A stretch of 32,000 bases of DNA. Origin: Phycisphaera mikurensis NBRC 102666 (GTDB lineage Bacteria; Planctomycetota; Phycisphaerae; Phycisphaerales; Phycisphaeraceae). A program made the position numbers and the translations under genes. Position 1 is the stretch's first letter; each line of letters starts with the position of its first letter. The stretch covers positions 360,001 to 392,000 of the forward strand of contig NC_017080.1 of NCBI RefSeq assembly GCF_000284115.1. Reading direction: 5' to 3'. Below the pieces are notes generated by a model. That model was not told where the DNA came from and did no database searches. It saw nothing but the letters and a program-made list of their open reading frames with translations. Shown here one piece after another: positions 7,333-18,992 of this stretch.

Positions 7333-9690
7333 ATGAGCGCCGACACCCAGAACACGGACGGATTCGAAACGCAGACCGCGGAGGAGGAGGCGAAGCGCCG
7401 CCGCGAGCAGGTGCTCGCCCTCTTCCGCGGCCGCCTGCACTGGGCCGTCATCCTCGCGCTCGTGCTGGGGTCCGCCGCCGCGGTTGCGGGGTACTTCTCC
7501 AAGAAGCCCAGCTACCAGGCGGAGGGCTCCATCAAGATCCTCGTCGAGGTCGCCACCGGCGTGGGGAACGTCGACGCCCCGCCGATGTTCAAGTCGTACG
7601 TGAAGGAGCAGGCCTCGCTGATCGACTCGTACGACGTCGCCGAGCGCGTGCTCCAGAGCGACGCCTGGAAGGCCGCGAGCCAGCAGACGGGCGCAGAGGC
7701 GATCTCCGCCGGCGAGTTCCTCAGCCTGCTGAGCGCGTCCGCGGGCGGTTCCAGCGAGTACACGATCGTGGTGACCTTCACCCACCCCAACAGCTTCATG
7801 GCGGCGACCGGCCTCAACGAGGCGTTGCGGGCGTACCGCGAGCTCTACCGCCGCGACGTCGCCGTGCGCTACGACGGCCAGCAGCGTGAGATCCGCAACG
7901 AGCTGCTCGGCGTCGACACGGAGCTCAAGAACCTGCGCGACAAGATCCAGGCGAACCTCGAGGTTGAGGAGCCCACGTTCCGCAACCGGCTGATCGCGCA
8001 GAACGACAAGCTCGTGAACCTCGACCAGGCCCTGCGGGCGATCCGCGCCGAGATGAACTTCGGCGGCGCGGTGGCGGGCGAAGACCCCACGGTGAACGAG
8101 ATGCAGGACGCCCGCCTCGTGGGTGTCGACGAGCAGATCGCCGCGATCGAGCGGCAGATCGAGACGCTCAACAACAAGGGCTTCGACAGCGGCCACCGCA
8201 GCGTGCGCGACCTCGAGGCCTCCATCGCCACCCTCCGCGGGGGCCGCAACGAGATCCTCCAGCGCATCCGCGAGGGGGACACGAACATGATCGGGACCGA
8301 GATGGCCGGCATGCAGCGGATGGCCGCCACCATCGAGCGGGAGATGGAGCAGACCAGCGCCCTGGTGACCGCGATGGACGCCAAGCTCGCCGCCACCGCT
8401 CCCTTCCGGGCCGACGTCGAGAAGCTGCAGCGGATCCAGAGCGACCTGGAGATCAAGGAGCGCGAGACGCGGCTGAAGGGAGCGGCCGAGAACAGCCGGA
8501 TCGTGGCCAACTTCGGCGTGGAGCCCACGCAGCCCTCCAACGCCGGGGCGCGCCTCCAGCTGGCGGTGCTGGGCTTCATGGGCGGGGCGGGCATGGGCCT
8601 GGCCCTCATCGTGCTCGTCGGCTTGCTCGACTCGCGCCTCCGCCACTCCGCCGACGTCAAGAACGGCCTCTACAAGACGCGCATGCTCGGCGTCCTGCCC
8701 AGCCTGCCCGACAGCCTGACCGACCCCGAGCAGGCGGAGCGGGCGGCTCACGCGGTCAACCACATCCGCACGCTGCTGCAGATCAACGGCCCCAGCGACC
8801 GGGTCTTCTCGATCACCGGCCCCGCGGCCGGCTCGGGCAAGAGCTCGCTGACCGTGGCCATGGGCCTCTCCTTCGCGGCCTCGGGCAACCGGGTGCTGCT
8901 CATCGACGGCGACATCGTCGGCGCCGGGCTCACCCGCCGCCTGGGCGCGGTGGTCGCCAAGCCCTTCGCCGAGGCCGTCCGCGAGTCGGGCCGCGTGTCC
9001 GCCGCCGACCTCGACGAGGCCGAGGCGATGGCGATGCACAAGAACGTCTCGCTCGCCGACGCCCTGGTCGAGACCGGCCGCCTGAGCCGCGAGGAGGCCG
9101 CGAGCATCGCCGGCCGCGCCGAGGACTCCGCCGTGGGCGTCGTCGACGTCTGCGAGGGTCTCCGCCTCGAGGACTGCGTGGCTCCCTCGGGCATCCCGCG
9201 TCTGCACGTCCTTCCCGTCGGCAACGCCCGGCCCGAGGACGCCGGCCTGCTCAGCCCCAAGACGCTGCGGAAGCTGCTCTCGGCGGCCCGGGAGCAGTAC
9301 GACATCGCGCTCATCGACACCGGCCCGGTGCTCGGCTCGCTGGAGGCCTCCATGGCCGCCGCCGAGGCCGACGCGACCGTGCTCATCGTCAGCCGTGGCG
9401 ACTCCCGGAAGATCGCCGAGCGTTCCCTCGCCCACCTCCGCGAGGTCGGCGCCAGCGTCCGCGGCGTTGTGTTCAACCACGCCCTCGACGACGACCTGGC
9501 CGACTCGTCCTATGGCTCGATGGTCGCCCAGGACCGCCGCGGCGGATCGGTGCAGGTCGACCCGGCCGTCGCCGCCCGCTTCGGCCCGCTCGGCTCGGCC
9601 GTGGCGAGCTTCGGCCCGGCGGCGGCGATGACCGGCGAAGCCGGCGGGGCCGGCGAGGCCGGCCCGGCTCCGCTCCGCGGGGTCGCCTGA
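7333..9690 (+). CDS. Wzz/chain-length determinant protein fused to BY-kinase/ParA-like ATPase domain
   Basis: N-terminal TM (HWAVILALVLGSAAAVAGYF) and Wzz-type region; coiled coil; second TM (GFMGGAGMGLALIVLVGLL); ATPase part ITGPAAGSGKSSLTVAMG (P-loop), VLLIDGDIVG, IALIDTGPVLG. Start set at ATG 7333. Confidence 0.9.
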   Translation: MSADTQNTDGFETQTAEEEAKRRREQVLALFRGRLHWAVILALVLGSAAAVAGYFSKKPSYQAEGSIKILVEVATGVGNVDAPPMFKSYVKEQASLIDSYDVAERVLQSDAWKAASQQTGAEAISAGEFLSLLSASAGGSSEYTIVVTFTHPNSFMAATGLNEALRAYRELYRRDVAVRYDGQQREIRNELLGVDTELKNLRDKIQANLEVEEPTFRNRLIAQNDKLVNLDQALRAIRAEMNFGGAVAGEDPTVNEMQDARLVGVDEQIAAIERQIETLNNKGFDSGHRSVRDLEASIATLRGGRNEILQRIREGDTNMIGTEMAGMQRMAATIEREMEQTSALVTAMDAKLAATAPFRADVEKLQRIQSDLEIKERETRLKGAAENSRIVANFGVEPTQPSNAGARLQLAVLGFMGGAGMGLALIVLVGLLDSRLRHSADVKNGLYKTRMLGVLPSLPDSLTDPEQAERAAHAVNHIRTLLQINGPSDRVFSITGPAAGSGKSSLTVAMGLSFAASGNRVLLIDGDIVGAGLTRRLGAVVAKPFAEAVRESGRVSAADLDEAEAMAMHKNVSLADALVETGRLSREEAASIAGRAEDSAVGVVDVCEGLRLEDCVAPSGIPRLHVLPVGNARPEDAGLLSPKTLRKLLSAAREQYDIALIDTGPVLGSLEASMAAAEADATVLIVSRGDSRKIAERSLAHLREVGASVRGVVFNHALDDDLADSSYGSMVAQDRRGGSVQVDPAVAARFGPLGSAVASFGPAAAMTGEAGGAGEAGPAPLRGVA

Positions 9691-9705
9691 GGTGGCGGCG
9701 GGCCT

Positions 9706-9725
9706 CCGCGGCGGCGCCGCCGCGG
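9706..9725. terminator. 20-bp perfect palindrome between BY-kinase-like and sugar transferase genes
   Basis: CCGCGGCGGCGCCGCCGCGG is fully self-complementary; no T tract, so terminator function is tentative. Confidence 0.35.
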
Positions 9726-9864
9726 GAAGCACGCGACGCGTCCGGCGACCGCCGGCTCGGGGCGTCCGGTGGGGCGGCGGTGGCGAGACCCCCACCCCCG
9801 GGTGTGGCCCGGCCGACGAGCTCCGGAGGGGCGTGGCAGGACCGGGTCGGGACTTCGAGCAGCC

Positions 9865-11466
9865 ATGATCTCCAGAGCGACGCCCGAGCCGACGGATCCG
9901 GTCCGCTCCCACACGGTGTGGGGGCTGGACGCCCTGCAGCTGCACGATCGCTTCTGGGCGGCCCGCGGGGTGCAGGTCGTCCGGCAGGGCCAGCCGATCG
10001 AGCTCGTGGGCGGGGCCGAGCTCTACATGCTGGTCGACCCGCACTGCCTGTCGATCTTCCGCATGGGCGAGATCGTCGACTCCTTCGCCTGGCTGCGGCC
10101 CGAGCTGCTGCTGGTGCGCCTGCACAACACCCGCGAGAAGGGGTACCGCGAGCGGGTCGTGACCGATGAGCACGACCGCTTCCGCAGCTTCGAGCGGCAC
10201 TACGGCACCGGCGACTGGCGGCTGCGGCGCGTGGCGTTCACGCCCTCGCGGAAGATCGCGGTGCGCTGGCAGCAGGACGCCGAGGGCAACCCGTGGAAGC
10301 GGCTGCGGAAGGGCGTCCCGCTGGACAAGCGGAGCGCGGTCTCGGTGGAGGGGAGCGTCTACGACAGCGACAACCACGCCGAGCTCAACGACTTCCTCCG
10401 CGAGCTGGTGAGCCGGTGGAAGCGGCCGGACACCACGATCGCGCGAGCCGTGGCCCGCGGCGGGGCCAAGCGGCGCGACGCCGCCCACGCCTCGGGCGCC
10501 TGGGTGGACGCCGCCGACGCCTCCGACCCCGACGGCTGGGCGGGGCTCCCGCTGGGCGGCGGGCTGGGCAAGGGCCGGCAGCGCCCGCGCGGCGACGGGC
10601 CCCGCTTCATCGGGCCGGTGTGGGTGGGCGCCGGCCGCGATCTCTCCGGGGTCGAGTCGGTCGTCGGCCCGGCGGTGCTCTGGGACGCGCCCGAGCGTCG
10701 CCCCCGCGTGGAGAAGCTCGAGTGGAACGCGATCGAGCCCACGAAGGTGCTGACCCGCCCGGCCCGCGTGAAGACGCTCACGTCGCTGCAGCGCGGCACG
10801 AAGCGCGTCTTCGACGTCGCGATGTCGCTTGCGCTGGGCCTGCCCAGCCTCGCGCTCTTCCCCTTCATCGCCACGGCGATCTACATCGAGGACGGCCGCC
10901 CCTTCCTCTTCGGCCACGTCCGCGAGTCACGCAACGGACGCGAGTTCCGCTGCTGGAAGTTCCGGACGATGTACAACAACGCCGAGCACATGAAGGCCAG
11001 CCTGGTCCAGAAGAACCAGGCGGACGGCCCGCAGTTCTTCATCGAGAACGACCCCCGGATCACCCGGGTCGGCCGGGTGCTGCGGAAGCTGAACCTCGAC
11101 GAGCTGCCCCAGCTCTGGAACGTCTTCCGCGGCGAGATGTCGGTGGTGGGGCCGCGGCCGAGCCCATTCAAGGAGAACCAGTTCTGCCCGCCGTGGCGCG
11201 AGGCTCGTCTCTCGGTCCGTCCCGGCATCACGGGGCTCTGGCAGGTCAACCGCTCGCGGGAGGACGGCAAGGACTTCCAGGAGTGGATCGAGTACGACAT
11301 CGAGTACGTCGAGAACGTGAGCTGGAGGCTGGACCTCTGGATCCTCGCGAAGCAGGCGATGAACATCGTCGGGCTCTCGGGGGCCCCCGCCGCGGCGGAG
11401 GGCAAGCCGGCGCCCGCGACGCCAGTCGCCGCGCCGGCTCCGCGCGAAGCCGCGGGTCGCGGCTGA
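9865..11466 (+). CDS. Exopolysaccharide sugar transferase (undecaprenyl-phosphate hexose phosphotransferase family) with unusual N-terminal domain
   Basis: C-terminal hallmarks KRVFDVAMSLALGLPSL, FRCWKFRTMYNNAE, ITRVGRVLRKLNLDELPQLWNVFRGEMSVVGPRP, RPGITGLWQVN. Start at ATG 9865 (MISRATPEPTD). Confidence 0.92.
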   Translation: MISRATPEPTDPVRSHTVWGLDALQLHDRFWAARGVQVVRQGQPIELVGGAELYMLVDPHCLSIFRMGEIVDSFAWLRPELLLVRLHNTREKGYRERVVTDEHDRFRSFERHYGTGDWRLRRVAFTPSRKIAVRWQQDAEGNPWKRLRKGVPLDKRSAVSVEGSVYDSDNHAELNDFLRELVSRWKRPDTTIARAVARGGAKRRDAAHASGAWVDAADASDPDGWAGLPLGGGLGKGRQRPRGDGPRFIGPVWVGAGRDLSGVESVVGPAVLWDAPERRPRVEKLEWNAIEPTKVLTRPARVKTLTSLQRGTKRVFDVAMSLALGLPSLALFPFIATAIYIEDGRPFLFGHVRESRNGREFRCWKFRTMYNNAEHMKASLVQKNQADGPQFFIENDPRITRVGRVLRKLNLDELPQLWNVFRGEMSVVGPRPSPFKENQFCPPWREARLSVRPGITGLWQVNRSREDGKDFQEWIEYDIEYVENVSWRLDLWILAKQAMNIVGLSGAPAAAEGKPAPATPVAAPAPREAAGRG

Positions 11467-11502
11467 TGCCGGTCCGCGGCGGTCGCTCTCTAGTCTCCGG
11501 GC

Positions 11503-11703
11503 ATGGCTGAACTCCTCGCCTCCGGTGCCCCCGCGGCCCGCGCCGCGCCGGCGCGGCCGGAGGTCGTGGCGGGCATCGGCAGGCGCTTGACGCCCGCGAA
11601 CCCGCGGGGCATCGCGGTGGACTCGGTCTTCCTGGTTCGATCGCCGGCGGGCGGGCTCCGGCCGACGCCCGCTGGAGCGTCCACGGGGGCGGTGCCCGCG
11701 TGA
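11503..11703 (+). CDS. Small hypothetical ORF (66 aa) whose stop overlaps the next start
   Basis: ATG 11503; TGA 11701-11703 overlaps GTG 11700-11702 (GTGA). Low-complexity Ala/Pro-rich, so uncertain. Confidence 0.3.
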   Translation: MAELLASGAPAARAAPARPEVVAGIGRRLTPANPRGIAVDSVFLVRSPAGGLRPTPAGASTGAVPA

Positions 11704-12203
11704 GCGCAGCGGCCCGCCCGAGCCCGGATGCCGTGCCCGTGCACGGCACGCTGCGGCGCGTGCTGGTGACGGCGATGATCCCGCTGGCGGTCGGCGCGGT
11801 CTGCTTCGCCGCGGTCTCGTTCTGGGTCGTGAGCGCGGTGAAGTCGCACCCCGCGTACGCCGCTGCGCTCGCCGCGGTGCGGGCCGAGCCGGCGGTGATC
11901 GCGGCGCTGGGGACGCCGCTGGAAGCCGGCTTCTGGGCGCAGGGCGGCGGAGACGAAGCGGCCGGCCGCTTCGAGGCGATGTTCAGCGTGAGCGGCCCCC
12001 GCGGCGACGCCGGGGTCCGCTTGCTCGCGCGAGCCGACGGCCCGGCGTGGGAGCTGGTCTTCCTCGACGTCGGCGCGAACCTGCCCGGCGGGCGCCAGAA
12101 GGTCTTCGTCCTCCGCAACGACGAGCTGCCCGTCCGCTTCGGGGTGCAGCGCGACGCGCTGGCCGCGCCGGCGGACGCTCCCGCCGACGACCCGCCGCGG
12201 TGA
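11700..12203 (+). CDS. Coa1/Tim21-like (cytochrome oxidase assembly type) single-pass membrane protein
   Basis: GTG start; N-terminal TM (VLVTAMIPLAVGAVCFAAVSFWVV), then SHPAYAAALAAVRAEPAVIAALGTPLEAGFWAQG...FSVSGPRGDAGVRLLARADGPAWELVFLDV, resembling the Coa1 family pattern. Confidence 0.6.
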   Translation: MSAAARPSPDAVPVHGTLRRVLVTAMIPLAVGAVCFAAVSFWVVSAVKSHPAYAAALAAVRAEPAVIAALGTPLEAGFWAQGGGDEAAGRFEAMFSVSGPRGDAGVRLLARADGPAWELVFLDVGANLPGGRQKVFVLRNDELPVRFGVQRDALAAPADAPADDPPR

Positions 12204-12265
12204 AACTTCGGCGGCTCCGCGGGCCGGCGTCCCTGCTCGCGATGGGACCTTGGCGGGCTCGGCCG

Positions 12266-12311
12266 CCGCGGACCGCGGCCCCCGTCGCCGTTTCGCGTCG
12301 GCGGTCCGCGG
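12266..12311. terminator. Strong hairpin between convergent genes
   Basis: CCGCGGACCGC (12266-12276) / GCGGTCCGCGG (12301-12311), 11-bp perfect arms with 24-nt loop, between the Coa1-like (+) and TSUP (-) gene ends. Confidence 0.45.
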
Positions 12312-12375
12312 CGCGGCCCCGTGCGGGTCCGGCTGCCGCCCTGTTCTGTTCTCCGCGGCGTTCGCGCCGCCGGCC

Positions 12376-13230
12376 TCACCCCGCCGCCATCTTCCAGGCC
12401 GCCACCAGCATCAGCACCACGAATGCGGCCCGCACCTTCTCCAGCGGCAGCCGGTGGGTGAGCATCGCCCCCAGCCGCCCGCCGACGAAGGCGGTCGGTG
12501 CCAGCAGCGCCGCCAGGTAGAGCCCCGAGGTCGGCGTGAGGGCCACCCCCCCGAGCCCCACGTGCTGCGGGAGCGTCGCGTTCTTGAGCACGGCGCCGAT
12601 GCCCGCGCTCACGCAGATCGCGCAGCTGCTGTTGGCGATCGCCTGCCGCAGCGGGAGCTTCAGCAGCAGCTGCTGCAGCGGCACCGCCACCGCGCCGCCG
12701 CCGATCCCAAGCAGCCCCGCCGTGCCGCCCATTGCCCCGCCGATCGCCACCGTCCGCCCCGGCCGCACCGGCGGCTCCGCCTCGTCGGCCGCTCGCGTGT
12801 CACCCGCTCCCGCGTGCCGCGCCGCCCGCCGCCCCTTGATGATCTTCCAGGCGTTCGCAACCGCCGCGTAGAGCAGGAACGCCGCGAGGCAGCGGCCGAG
12901 CAGCAGGCCCCCGTCCCGCCCGCGGAACAGCTCCAGGTTGCTGGCCCCGACGCCCGCGAGGACCCCGGCCAGCGCCGCCGGCAGCAGCCACGCCAGCACC
13001 CGCAGCCGCACCGCCCCCGCCCGCCAGTGCCCCCAGGCCGCGGGCGCCGAGACCGCGACGTTGACGATCATCGCCGCCGCCTGGAAGAGGTGCTGCGCCG
13101 GCCCGAGCACCACGGCCAGCCCCGGGATGATGACCGTGGACCCGCCGATGCCGAGCATCCCGCCGGTGAGGCCGGCGGCGAGGCCCAGCAGGGCGATCAG
13201 GAGGAGGTCGAGGCTGGCGAGGTCGGGCAT
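12376..13230 (-). CDS. TauE/SafE (TSUP) family permease
   Basis: MPDLASLDLLLIALLGLAAGLTGGMLGIGGSTVIIPGLAVV... and second repeat GGAMGGTAGLLGIGGGAVAVPLQQLLL; multi-TM. Start set at 13230 inside a 1392-aa artefactual ORF. Confidence 0.9.
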   Translation of the reverse strand: MPDLASLDLLLIALLGLAAGLTGGMLGIGGSTVIIPGLAVVLGPAQHLFQAAAMIVNVAVSAPAAWGHWRAGAVRLRVLAWLLPAALAGVLAGVGASNLELFRGRDGGLLLGRCLAAFLLYAAVANAWKIIKGRRAARHAGAGDTRAADEAEPPVRPGRTVAIGGAMGGTAGLLGIGGGAVAVPLQQLLLKLPLRQAIANSSCAICVSAGIGAVLKNATLPQHVGLGGVALTPTSGLYLAALLAPTAFVGGRLGAMLTHRLPLEKVRAAFVVLMLVAAWKMAAG

Positions 13231-13434
13231 GGGCCCGCAGCATGCCGAACCCGAGAACCCCGCGAAGGTGTCAGGTACATTCGCGTAGCGCGCGTCCGTC
13301 ACGACACCGGGCGCAACGCGCGAGGTGCCGGTCCGGGCGGCGGCTCGGTCGCGGGGGCCGGGTTCGTCGATGAGGCGGCGGGGCCGGTCTAACCTCCCAC
13401 CGCCAAGCACCTCCAACACCGCCTGGACGCTCCC

Positions 13435-16506
<3,072 letters not shown>

Positions 16507-16543
16507 ATCCTCCGGCGCCGTCGGCCGGACCCGCACGAAAGCC

Positions 16544-16589
16544 GGGGTCAGCACCCTTCCTGAGCCTTGGCAGAAAGGGGCTGATCCCC
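16544..16589. repeat. REP-like imperfect palindrome
   Basis: GGGGTCAGCACCCTTCCTG ... CAGAAAGGGGCTGATCCCC, 19-nt imperfect arms. Only one copy in the window. Confidence 0.5.
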
Positions 16590-16741
16590 TGCCCTCGCGA
16601 CCCCCTGCCCGCGCCGGTTCGCAAACCGCGACGGGGGTGCAGCCCCCGGCCGTCTCGTGGCCCGGCCGCGTCGCGGCGCGACCCGATCGAGGATTCGCGG
16701 ATCGCGGCCCGGAGCGCGGCGATCCGCCGACCGTCCGCGGG

Positions 16742-17614
16742 TCAGGCCGCCCGGCGGCGGCGGAGCAGGCTTCCGGCCATCAGCGCGAGCCCGACGGGCA
16801 GCGCCGCGGGCGAGGGGATCGGCACCGGGCCGCCGCCGCCCTCGCCGGAACGGGCGAGGGAGGAGTCGCGGAGAATCAAGCCGAAGCCAGAAACCTCCCC
16901 GGGTCGCGAGTCGAGGCTCGCGAAGCTGGAGAACCTCACGCCGAAGGTGTAGACGCCCGCGGCGAGCACGCCGCGGTTGGGAACCACGTTGCTCCCGGTG
17001 ACGGGTCCATTGCGGTCGATCAAGCCGTCGCCGTTGAAGTCGTACTCGGCCCCAAGAAGGAAAAGTTCGCTACTCACGTCGAACGCTTGGAACGGCACGA
17101 CCTCGGACCCGGATGCGTCGTTGAAGGTGAACTCGGGGAAGTTGCTCGCGGTGCCCGTCAACTCGAAGGCCGTTTGTTCCTTCAGCTCGAACACGACCTC
17201 GAACACGTTTCTGGCGTCCGCATCCAGAGTGGCGACGCTCAGAGGGTTTGCGATATCGTTGTCGCCGCTGACCTCCAGCACCACCGCGCCGTCGCGTTCG
17301 GTGAACGACGAGGTCTGCGTCGCACGCGCGAAGAGGTCGAAGTTCCCGAAGCCTTCCGGGAAATCCGACGGGGCGTTCTGCACGGACGCCGTCGCCGCGA
17401 AGAGACCGAAGCCTCCTGCGCTGTCCCGCTGGGTCCGCCGCAGAGCCTCGGGGTTCGGGAGCGGCGCTCCGGAGGGACCCGTCGCGTCGCCAGCACCCAC
17501 GGTGGCGAACACCGAGCGCTCCTGGCTGAGCAGCGTCACGGTCCCCGCCGACGCCGCGGCGGCGGGCAGGCAGCCCAGGAGGGCGAGGCAGAAGAGGGGC
17601 CTGGAAGCGGTCAT
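16742..17614 (-). CDS. Secreted protein with signal peptide and PEP-CTERM-like sorting tail
   Basis: MTASRPLFCLALLGCLPAAAASAGTVTLL... and C-terminus GPVPIPSPAALPVGLALMAGSLLRRRRAA. RBS GAGGAG upstream of ATG 17614. Confidence 0.8.
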   Translation of the reverse strand: MTASRPLFCLALLGCLPAAAASAGTVTLLSQERSVFATVGAGDATGPSGAPLPNPEALRRTQRDSAGGFGLFAATASVQNAPSDFPEGFGNFDLFARATQTSSFTERDGAVVLEVSGDNDIANPLSVATLDADARNVFEVVFELKEQTAFELTGTASNFPEFTFNDASGSEVVPFQAFDVSSELFLLGAEYDFNGDGLIDRNGPVTGSNVVPNRGVLAAGVYTFGVRFSSFASLDSRPGEVSGFGLILRDSSLARSGEGGGGPVPIPSPAALPVGLALMAGSLLRRRRAA

Positions 17615-17918
17615 GGGTTCTCCTCTGGAGGGTCGGGATCGGGTTGCGGACGCGCAGATTCCGTCCGGCACCACCGTATCTCACCCGCCTCCGCGTGCCA
17701 CCGGTCCCGCCGCACACACGGCACAATCGGGCGAACCCCCCGCGGACCGTGGGGAAGAACCTCGCCATCCGCCCGCGGCCCGCGACCCCGCGACCGCGAG
17801 AAGCGACCCACGCCGCCGCCGGACGGCGGGATCTCGACTCGCAGAACGCCGAAACCGCCCGGGTCCGCACCCTCTGAAGCTCCGGCCGGAGCGGGTCGGA
17901 CCCCCTCCCTCGCCGGGG

Positions 17919-18701
17919 TTACCCGCCGTGGAGGAAGGCGGGGTAGTTGGTCATGGCGCCGTCGACGTAGACGGTCTCGCCGGTGACGTAGGAGGCGGCG
18001 TCGGAGGCGAGGAAGACCACGACGCTGGCGACCTCCTCGGGCGTGCCGATGCGGCCGATGGGCATCTTCTTCTTGAGGTCCGCGTACTTCTCTGGATCGG
18101 ACCAGACGTCCTCGTTGATGTCGGTCTTGATCGCCCCGGGGGCGACGCAGACGGTGCGGACGCCCGAGTCGCCGAGCTCCATCGCGAGGCTCTGGCTGAG
18201 CATCGAGACCGCGGCCTTGGAGGCGCAGTAGGCGGACTGCCCGGCCCAGCAGACGCGGTCGTGGACGCTGGTGATGTTGACGACGACGCCGGAGCCCTGG
18301 CGCTTCATCCGCGGCACGGCCTCGCGGATGCCGTGGAAGGTGCCGTGCAGGTTGATGTTCACGATGCGGGTCCACGCGTCGGGATCGATGTCGGCGGTGT
18401 CGGCCTTCTCGCCGTCGACGCCGGCGTTGTTGACGAGCACGTCGACGCCGCCGAACGCCGCGTCCATCCGCTTGAACATCGCCGCGACGGACTTGCGGTC
18501 GGCGACGTCGGCCTGGACGTAGATGGCTTTCCGACCGAGCTTCTCGATCTCGGCCGCCGTGTGCTTCGCGCCCTTCTCGTCCGCGTGGTAGTTGAAGAGC
18601 ACGTCGGCGCCGGAGCCCGCGCAAGCGATTGCGATCGCCTGCCCGATGCCGGAACTGCCGCCGGTGACCAGGACCCGTCTGCCTTCCAGGGAGATCTGCA
18701 T
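17919..18701 (-). CDS. Short-chain dehydrogenase/reductase (glucose 1-dehydrogenase-like)
   Basis: VLVTGGSSGIGQAIAIA, VLVNNAGVDG, SAYCASKAAVSMLSQSLAMEL, FLASDAASYVTGETVYVDGAMTNYPAF. Start set at MQISLEGRR (18701). Confidence 0.93.
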   Translation of the reverse strand: MQISLEGRRVLVTGGSSGIGQAIAIACAGSGADVLFNYHADEKGAKHTAAEIEKLGRKAIYVQADVADRKSVAAMFKRMDAAFGGVDVLVNNAGVDGEKADTADIDPDAWTRIVNINLHGTFHGIREAVPRMKRQGSGVVVNITSVHDRVCWAGQSAYCASKAAVSMLSQSLAMELGDSGVRTVCVAPGAIKTDINEDVWSDPEKYADLKKKMPIGRIGTPEEVASVVVFLASDAASYVTGETVYVDGAMTNYPAFLHGG

Positions 18702-18749
18702 GCGGGAGTATGGGCGGCAAGGCGGCGGCGGGCAGCGGGGGGCTGGGTG

Positions 18750-18789
18750 TTGTTCCTGCCCGAGCGGCCATGCATACTGGCGGGCATGG
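18750..18789 (+). promoter_or_regulatory. Candidate vapB promoter (TTGTTC-N17-CATACT) with inverted repeat CCATGC-N10-GCATGG
   Basis: TTGTTC 18750-18755, CATACT 18773-18778; inverted repeat 18768-18773/18784-18789 overlaps the ATG at 18786. Confidence 0.45.
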
Positions 18790-18992
18790 AAGCGCCTCTT
18801 GAGTTGGACGACAAGCTCGTGAAGGACGCGATGGAGGTCACGGGCATCGAGCAGAGGACGGCTCTGATCCACTACGCGCTGAGGGATCTTCTGGCGCGCG
18901 AAGCCGCTCTCCACCTCTCGAACCTCGGTGGTTCGATGCCGGACATTGAGGACGTGCCTCGTCGCCGTCCGCCGGTGACGCGTGCCTCCTGA
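18786..18992 (+). CDS. vapB: VapB-type antitoxin (type II TA)
   Basis: 68 aa: MEAPLELDDKLVKDAMEVTGIEQRTALIHYALRDLLAREAALHLSNLGGSMPDIEDVPRRRPPVTRAS, typical of the VapB family; followed by an overlapping PIN toxin frame. Confidence 0.85.
   Translation: MEAPLELDDKLVKDAMEVTGIEQRTALIHYALRDLLAREAALHLSNLGGSMPDIEDVPRRRPPVTRAS

Noticed and set aside
7294-10917. 1207-aa minus-strand ORF
   Set aside because: Antisense to the Wzz/BY-kinase-like and sugar transferase genes; low-complexity shadow translation with no recognisable motif.
17644-17877. 77-aa plus-strand ORF in the 17615-17918 intergenic region
   Set aside because: No convincing RBS or motif; Pro/Arg/Thr-rich composition suggests non-coding.
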